NCBI GenBank assembly: GCA_041891055.1
Contig: CP169074.1
Location: 1,408,001-1,472,000 of the forward strand
DNA from: Halorutilales archaeon Cl-col2-1
Lineage (GTDB): Archaea > Halobacteriota > Halobacteria > Halobacteriales > Afararchaeaceae
DNA length: 64,000 nucleotides
Direction of reading: 5' to 3'
Shown here piece by piece: positions 57,883 to 64,000 of this stretch. Position numbers and translations under genes: made by a program. The notes beneath the pieces are model-generated. The model ran no database searches. It was not told the DNA's origin and saw only the letters and a list, made by a program, of their open reading frames with translations. Every line of letters starts with the position of its first letter. Positions within the stretch are counted from its first letter, which is position 1.

Positions 57883-59304
57883 ATGGGAGAACTCCGTATC
57901 ACGAACACGCTCACGGGCGAGAAGGAGGTCTTCGAGCCGCGCGACTCGGACTCGGAAGACAGTGTTGTCTCTCTCTACGTCTGCGGACTCACGGTTAGTG
58001 ACGACCCACATCTCGGACACGCACGTACGTGGGTCTCCTTCGATGTCCTTCACAGGTACTTGGAGCACAAGGGCTACGAGGTCAGGCATGTCGAGAACAT
58101 CACCGACATCGACGACAAGATCATAGACAGAGCCCACGACGAGGACGTCTCCCCGAGCGAGGTCGCGTCGAGGTACTCGCACCAGGTCTACGACGACATG
58201 AGGGCTCTCAACCTCAGACGTGTCAACGTCCGTCCGCGCGTGACACAACACGTCGACGACATAGCCGAGATGGTAGGGACTCTGATCGAGAAGGGCTATG
58301 CCTACGAGTCAGGCGGCGACGTCTACTTCGACGTCTCGGAGTTCGAGGAGTACGGCAAGCTCTCGGGACAGAAGCTCGAAGAGCTCGAGTCGCAGGGCGA
58401 GGAGTCTGGAAAGAAACGCGATCCCGCCGACTTCGCTCTCTGGAAGAAGTCGAAGGAGGGCGAGCCTTCGTGGGAGTCGCCGTGGGGCGAGGGACGTCCG
58501 GGATGGCACATAGAGTGCTCGGCGATGAGCACGACACATCTCGGCGAGAGTATCGACATACACGGAGGCGGACGTGATCTAGTCTTCCCCCACCACGAGA
58601 ACGAGATAGCACAGACAGAGGCAGCGACCGACCACGACTTCGCGCGGTACTGGATGCACGTCGGTCCTCTCAGGGTCGAGGGCGAGAAGATGTCGACGTC
58701 TCTCTCGAACTTCTGGACCGTACACGACGCACTCGACGAGTACTCGGCGAACGAGATACGTGCCTTCCTGATATCGACACAGTACGCTAAGCCACAGAGC
58801 TTCGACGACGGGTCTCTCGAGGAGGGCGCGAAGAGATGGGAGAGGATCGAGAACGCCGTACGTACGTGTGAGGACGCGATGGACTCCGACGCCGCGAAGG
58901 CTAAGGAGACCGACGAGAGCCTGAGGGAGACAGCCTCGGTAGCCGAGGAGAGATTCGAGGAGGCGATGGACGACGACCTCAACACCCCCGAGGCACTCGC
59001 AGTTCTCTTCGATCTCGTCAACGAGGTAAACGCCCACGTCGAGGACAACGAAGTCTACGACTACGAGGGACTCTTCGAGGCGTGGAGGACTCTGAGAGAA
59101 CTCGGCGAGGTTCTCGGATTCGACTTCTCGGAGGGACGCAGTACTGAGGGTCTGTCTGACAGCCTCATAGAACTACTCCTCGACCTGAGAGAGGATGAGA
59201 GGCAGAAGGGCAACTACGAGACAGCCGACTCCATAAGGGACGGTATACGTGACCTGGGGGTTGAGGTCGAGGACACCGACGAAGGCACGACGTATAGATA
59301 CTAG
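57883..59304 (+). CDS. cysS: Cysteinyl-tRNA synthetase
   Basis: YVCG.T...HLGH, GRPGWHIECS, FPHHENE, KMSTS. Confidence 0.97.
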   Translation: MGELRITNTLTGEKEVFEPRDSDSEDSVVSLYVCGLTVSDDPHLGHARTWVSFDVLHRYLEHKGYEVRHVENITDIDDKIIDRAHDEDVSPSEVASRYSHQVYDDMRALNLRRVNVRPRVTQHVDDIAEMVGTLIEKGYAYESGGDVYFDVSEFEEYGKLSGQKLEELESQGEESGKKRDPADFALWKKSKEGEPSWESPWGEGRPGWHIECSAMSTTHLGESIDIHGGGRDLVFPHHENEIAQTEAATDHDFARYWMHVGPLRVEGEKMSTSLSNFWTVHDALDEYSANEIRAFLISTQYAKPQSFDDGSLEEGAKRWERIENAVRTCEDAMDSDAAKAKETDESLRETASVAEERFEEAMDDDLNTPEALAVLFDLVNEVNAHVEDNEVYDYEGLFEAWRTLRELGEVLGFDFSEGRSTEGLSDSLIELLLDLREDERQKGNYETADSIRDGIRDLGVEVEDTDEGTTYRY

Positions 59305-59888
59305 ACATCGACGGGACAGCCAGCGACCTCGCCGCCCCTCATTCCGTCGGCGATCCAGTAGACAGAGACTAGGAGAGCGAGCGCCGCAAGGACGGAAAAC
59401 TCGACGCCGTCAAACGGCAGGAAGGCGAGACCTCCGACGACTCCAAAGACCGAGAGGATTCCGGCGAGAACGGCGGTTCCACACGCCGCACATCCGGCTC
59501 CGAGGACGCCGAGAAAGAGACCCACAGCACTTCCGGAGCCCTCACGTACCGAGACTCCGTTTTCCTTGAAATGGTAGGCGAGCATCGAGAGGTTGACCCC
59601 GAAGAGTCCTGCGACGCCTACGATGAAAGTCGACATCACGAAGGGGTACGAAGGGCTCACGAAGGGGTAGAGACCCTGGAGGATTCCGAGGCGCGCGCCG
59701 AGGGGCAGGCTTCCGGTGACAACTGTGTCTAAGAAGAGCGCCATGTTCTGTGAGATTACGAGGACGTTTAGACCCACGAACCCCGCGACGGCTGCGAGTA
59801 CGGCATAGGCGGGGATCGAGAGAACGAGACGCGCAGTCCTCGCCATGAGACGGAAGTCATCCTTACGTTTGGGTACCGTGAGACTCAT
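59301..59888 (-). CDS. Membrane protein with CxxC in a TM helix
   Basis: GAGCAACG, C-terminal GCPV; 7 nt downstream of DsbA-like gene. Confidence 0.65.
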   Translation of the reverse strand: MSLTVPKRKDDFRLMARTARLVLSIPAYAVLAAVAGFVGLNVLVISQNMALFLDTVVTGSLPLGARLGILQGLYPFVSPSYPFVMSTFIVGVAGLFGVNLSMLAYHFKENGVSVREGSGSAVGLFLGVLGAGCAACGTAVLAGILSVFGVVGGLAFLPFDGVEFSVLAALALLVSVYWIADGMRGGEVAGCPVDV

Positions 59889-59895
59889 TGTTATG

Positions 59896-60624
59896 TTATA
59901 GCTGGAGAGCGTTCTCGAAGACGGAGTAGCCTCTCGCTCCCTCTACCTTGGTGACGTACTCGCCCGACTTGAAGAGTGTGAAGGTCGGAGTCGCCCTTAT
60001 ACCCGAGTTCCTTCCAGCCTCCATGTCGTCCTGTATCTCCTCGTCGTAGCCGTGGTTCCTCGCTTCCTCAACGACCGCCGCGGCATCGAGGTCGGTGTTC
60101 TGGCTGAGATACGACTGGGTCTCGTCGAGGACGTTGTCGGTCGATATCGAGTCCTGGTTCGAGAAGTAGAACTCCTTGAGATCCCAGTATGCGTCGGCGT
60201 CACGCGAGTAGACGGCTTCGAGCGACTGCGCCGCGGGATTGCCCCAGTCCTTGACTATGGGCATGAGACGTGAGTAGTAGGTTACCTTGCCCGTGTCTAT
60301 GAGCTCCGACTTTATCTGAGGGAGAGTGTTGTCGTCGAACCTCGCACAGAATGGGCACCCCGGACCCTCGAATGAGACAATGACCGCCTGTGTCTCGGAC
60401 GGCGGGTCTCCGAGGTGGGGCTCGTCTTGTATTCCGACGGTCGACGAGTGGCTCTCGAATGTCTCTGTCGCGTCGGACTGAGATTCAGAACCAGATCCAG
60501 ACCCGGAGTCAGAAGCCCCTGTCTCAGAACCGCCCCCACCTGTCATTCCTGTACATCCCGCGACCGAGACGGCTCCTACGGCACCCGCTATACGGAGGAA
60601 GTTTCTTCTGCGTCTGTCGTCCAT
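59896..60624 (-). CDS. DsbA/thioredoxin-fold Tat lipoprotein
   Basis: RRRNFL plus VAGC lipobox, CPFC, ATPTF. Confidence 0.85.
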   Translation of the reverse strand: MDDRRRRNFLRIAGAVGAVSVAGCTGMTGGGGSETGASDSGSGSGSESQSDATETFESHSSTVGIQDEPHLGDPPSETQAVIVSFEGPGCPFCARFDDNTLPQIKSELIDTGKVTYYSRLMPIVKDWGNPAAQSLEAVYSRDADAYWDLKEFYFSNQDSISTDNVLDETQSYLSQNTDLDAAAVVEEARNHGYDEEIQDDMEAGRNSGIRATPTFTLFKSGEYVTKVEGARGYSVFENALQL

Positions 60625-60675
60625 ACTCAGTCTTGTACTTCGAGTAATAAATCCCTGTTCCCTCTTTCGGGTTCT

Positions 60676-61236
60676 CTACTCACACAGAGAGATGAAGTTC
60701 TCGAATACTTCGAGACCCATCTCGGTGTGTGACACCTCGGGGTGCCACTGGACGCCGTATAAGGGAAGAGACTCGTGGCGCATAGCCTCTATCTCACAGA
60801 TCTCACTCGTCGCTGTCTTGACGAAGTCGTCGGGTAGCTCCTTGACCTCGTCGCCGTGGGACGCCCACGTCGATATACTGTCGTCGAATCCCTCGAACAG
60901 ACCCTCTTTTTCGAGTATCTCGACCTCGACGTCGGCGAAACCTCCGTAGTTCCCCTCGTCGACTACCCCTCCGAACTCGTCGGCTATTATCTGATGACCG
61001 AGACAGATTCCGAGGACTGGAACCTGTACGTCGGGCGAGAGGTAGTCGCGCGAGTTCCCCGCCTCTTCGATAGAGGGTCCGCCGCTGAGTATTATGCCGT
61101 CGGGGTCGTCGGTGAGGACGTTCTTGGACGGAACCGAGTTGTCGACTATATCGTGTTCGACTCCCAGGTCGCGCATCGCCCTGCCTTCGAGATGTGTGAA
61201 CTGTCCTCCGTTGTCGACTATAACGATACGTGTCAT
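60676..61236 (-). CDS. guaAA: GMP synthase glutaminase subunit A
   Basis: DNGGQFTH, LSGGP, GICLGHQ, QWHPE. Confidence 0.93.
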   Translation of the reverse strand: MTRIVIVDNGGQFTHLEGRAMRDLGVEHDIVDNSVPSKNVLTDDPDGIILSGGPSIEEAGNSRDYLSPDVQVPVLGICLGHQIIADEFGGVVDEGNYGGFADVEVEILEKEGLFEGFDDSISTWASHGDEVKELPDDFVKTATSEICEIEAMRHESLPLYGVQWHPEVSHTEMGLEVFENFISLCE

Positions 61237-61292
61237 TGGTGGCTCTTAGTCCCGTCTCACATTAACGTCTGTCATTCAGTCTTCTGTGCTCG

Positions 61293-62039
61293 TCATGCAC
61301 CCGAAGCCTCGGGGGGCTCTTCCTCGGCTGAGCCGGACGTGAACCTCAGGAGAAAGAGTGTAAGCTCGAAGAGTGTGACCATAGTAGCCGCGACGATTAT
61401 CGCCGCCATTCCGCTCGGGTCGGGAGCGAACAGGAAGGCGACGCTCAGGAAAGTGAGCCAGACGATTATCCTCTTCGAAGCTAGCCAGTCGCGCGAGGTG
61501 ACGTTCATCTTGACAGCGAGGAAGATCACGAGAGGAATCTGGAAGACTACACCGAGTCCGAGAGACAGGAGGATTATGAGGCTGAATGTCTCGGAGAGTC
61601 CAAGACCCGAGTCGGCGACTGGCTCGGAGTACCTCAGGAAGTAGTCGAAGACCGCGGGAAGTGCGACGAAGTAGGAGAATACGAGTCCGAGTGCGACGAG
61701 GATCACCGAGACGGGCGCGACAGCGATGTAGTACTTTCTCTCGTGGGGGTAGAGTCCGGGCTTCATGAAAGCGAATGTCTCGTAGACGAGAACGGGTACC
61801 GCCGCGGCTACGCCAGCCATCGCACTGAACTTGAGACGCGTAAGTATCAGACCGAACGGCTTGTAGACACGTATCTCGGTGTTCGGGAGGAAGTTGTACC
61901 AAATCGTCCGTATCATCTCGGTCGAGAAGTAGAAGACGACGATCATTCCGACCGAAATCACGAAGAGGACGACGAGGAGACGTCTGACCATCTCCTCTAT
62001 GTGTGCGGTGAGAGGGAGCTCCTCGTCCTCAAGCGACAT
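61293..62039 (-). CDS. tatC: TatC, single-domain
   Basis: PLTAHIEE, F.KPGLYPHE, FQIP, PDP. Confidence 0.92.
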   Translation of the reverse strand: MSLEDEELPLTAHIEEMVRRLLVVLFVISVGMIVVFYFSTEMIRTIWYNFLPNTEIRVYKPFGLILTRLKFSAMAGVAAAVPVLVYETFAFMKPGLYPHERKYYIAVAPVSVILVALGLVFSYFVALPAVFDYFLRYSEPVADSGLGLSETFSLIILLSLGLGVVFQIPLVIFLAVKMNVTSRDWLASKRIIVWLTFLSVAFLFAPDPSGMAAIIVAATMVTLFELTLFLLRFTSGSAEEEPPEASGA

Positions 62040-62178
62040 TACGAAGGCGTAGTCGTCAGATGGGTTTATAGCTTGTGTCTCACGTCAGACCGTCCTACTC
62101 GGGTCTGTGGAATGTACGGTGTCGTCCGAGTTCGAGTAAGTCGAAAGAGTTGATAGTCTCAAGAAGAAAGACACGGTA

Positions 62179-63927
62179 ATGGCTGAGGGTCTCGACGCCG
62201 GCGTCTTCTACAACGGTGTCGCCGAAGTCGCCGACTCGGCGCGGAAGCATCTCATCAAGATAGTCGTGACTTTCCTGATCGGGATGCTGGCGACGATAGC
62301 CTTTCTACGTGTCTACTTCTTCGAAGCCGTCGAGAAAGAGCAGTTGGCTCTCGTCAAGGGCGTCAGGATAGTCTATGTCGAGCCTTTCGAGGTCATACTT
62401 CTTCAGGCGAAGATAGGTATGATCGCAGGCGCGATACTCGTTCTACCTCTGGTTGTCTACTACGGCAGGAAGCCTCTCAGAGAGAGAGGTGTGCTACCGG
62501 ATCCGAGCGATATACCCAACAAGAAGACGTTAGCCGTCTTCGGTGTCTTCGTGGTAGCTCTCTTCGTCGGCGGCGTGGCGTATGCCTACCTCTTCATGCT
62601 GCCGTTCATATTCCGTTTCGTCTCACAGGCGGCTACACAGCAGGGAATCGAGCCCACCTACCGTATATCGAAGTTCGTGACCTTTGTACTCGCCTACTCG
62701 GCAATATTCGGCTTCGCTGCGGAGCTGCCGTTGGCTATGACGTTCGCGGTCAAGTCAGGAATCACGACCTACGACTTTCTCAAGTCGAAGTGGAGACATT
62801 TCACCGTAGTCGCGGCGTTCGTCTCGGCTATGATCACTTCTCCCGACCCGATGACTCAGTTAGTCGTCCTGGGTCCGATAGTCGGAATCTACTTCGTGGG
62901 TCTCGGCGTCATAAGAGTGGTCGCACCGAGAAAGATCAAGCGCGACAGGGAGATGAGACGTAATCTCTCCGACGAGGACTCGGGTCTTGGACTCTTCGAG
63001 GGGTCGGACGACAGTAGCAGTGACAGTGAGAGTGTAGTCGAAGGGTCGGAGACGGAGTCCGAGGCTTCGAGCGGGACTGAGAGTGGAGACACGGAGGACT
63101 CAGAGCCGAAGTCCTTAGAGGACAGGGGTCTGATAGACGTAGCTTCGTCGGTCGGAGGTGCTCTTAGGACACACACCGCAAAGCTTCTGGGTGTCTTCTT
63201 AGTTGTCACGGGTGGCGTCTTCTACTGGCTCCTCTACGCGGGTATAGAGATTATACAGAGGCAGACTGTGTCGCACATGTCGGGGAGTCTCCAAAGCCAA
63301 GTTAACCTCGTGATGCTAGAGCCCTTCGAGATGGTCTTCCTCGTTGTCAAGATCAGTCTCATAGCGGGCGTCGTCGCGCTGGTTCCCGTGGTACTCTACT
63401 ACTCGTGGAGTATACTCGTCTCCGAGGGCATCGTCTCAGGAGACGGCTCGAAGCTATTCTACGTCTCACGCGCCCTGATACTCGCGGCTCTATTCGCGGG
63501 CGGAGCCGCCTACTCGTACTTCGGGATGGTTCCTGTCCTCGTGAGTCTTCTGTCACAGTCGATAGTCGACAGCGGTATGCTCGCGACCTACACGATACAG
63601 GAGTTCATCAACTTCGTCCTGATGATCTCGTTCGTCTTCGGCGTAATAGCCGAAATGCCGGCGGTGATGTACGTACTCGTCTCGACGAAGGTAGTGAAAT
63701 ACGAGACGCTCAAGTCGAAGTGGCGCGAGTTCACTGTAGGAGTCTTCGCACTCGGAGCTATAATCACCTCGCCCGACCCGTTCACGATGGTAGTCGTCGC
63801 GGTTCCGCTCTCGGGGTTCTACCTCGTCTCTCTCGGAATCACGAGAGTGGTCTGCCACACCAAGATAAAGGAGGTGCGTGAGGAGAACGAGAGCTTCGGA
63901 GTCGTAGAGGACGGAGGTGGAGAGTAG
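62179..63927 (+). CDS. tatC: TatC, duplicated-domain
   Basis: Two TatC repeats (AELP..ITSPDP twice) joined by acidic linker. Confidence 0.9.
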   Translation: MAEGLDAGVFYNGVAEVADSARKHLIKIVVTFLIGMLATIAFLRVYFFEAVEKEQLALVKGVRIVYVEPFEVILLQAKIGMIAGAILVLPLVVYYGRKPLRERGVLPDPSDIPNKKTLAVFGVFVVALFVGGVAYAYLFMLPFIFRFVSQAATQQGIEPTYRISKFVTFVLAYSAIFGFAAELPLAMTFAVKSGITTYDFLKSKWRHFTVVAAFVSAMITSPDPMTQLVVLGPIVGIYFVGLGVIRVVAPRKIKRDREMRRNLSDEDSGLGLFEGSDDSSSDSESVVEGSETESEASSGTESGDTEDSEPKSLEDRGLIDVASSVGGALRTHTAKLLGVFLVVTGGVFYWLLYAGIEIIQRQTVSHMSGSLQSQVNLVMLEPFEMVFLVVKISLIAGVVALVPVVLYYSWSILVSEGIVSGDGSKLFYVSRALILAALFAGGAAYSYFGMVPVLVSLLSQSIVDSGMLATYTIQEFINFVLMISFVFGVIAEMPAVMYVLVSTKVVKYETLKSKWREFTVGVFALGAIITSPDPFTMVVVAVPLSGFYLVSLGITRVVCHTKIKEVREENESFGVVEDGGGE

Positions 63928-64000
63928 TGGGTCACGGATACGGGGACGAGGGAAGCGAGGAGGACTCTGTCCGTCAGTATAAGTAAGACGAGCGCGAACT

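Noticed and set aside
61293-63927. Two adjacent tatC genes as novelty
   Set aside because: Single plus duplicated TatC pair is established in haloarchaea

Overview
64 kb of core chromosome from a halophilic archaeon. The proteome is very acidic, many genes are leaderless, and PGF-CTERM, Tat lipoproteins and haloarchaeal families are present. Some genes (e.g. a methanogen-style PurB) hint at a deep-branching Halobacteria lineage, which is inference only. Most content is housekeeping: intein-containing topA, purB, panB, rpiA, rqcH, cca, dacZ-mscS, eIF5A, speB, rps17e, coaBC, nob1, srp19/gar1, cofE, pus10, cydAB, moeA x2, cysS, guaAA, tatC x2. Small accessory modules include two toxin-antitoxin pairs, an ars operon and a sulfur-handling locus. 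The most striking structure is tRNA-Val(GAC) followed by 12 identical 81-bp units, each ending in a copy of the tRNA 3' end and carrying an inverted T-arm copy. A diverged 13th unit and a DUF6516/TumE-like toxin-antitoxin pair follow. Other signals: an in-frame MarR-HTH::rhodanese fusion between cydAB and a persulfide-dioxygenase/TauE operon, an unannotated C/D-box guide RNA, tandem DtxR-type boxes before a PGF-CTERM protein, a nested fold-back element, a GNA-loop hairpin triplet, and three small ORFs missed by the ORF track. All family calls come from motif recognition without database searches.
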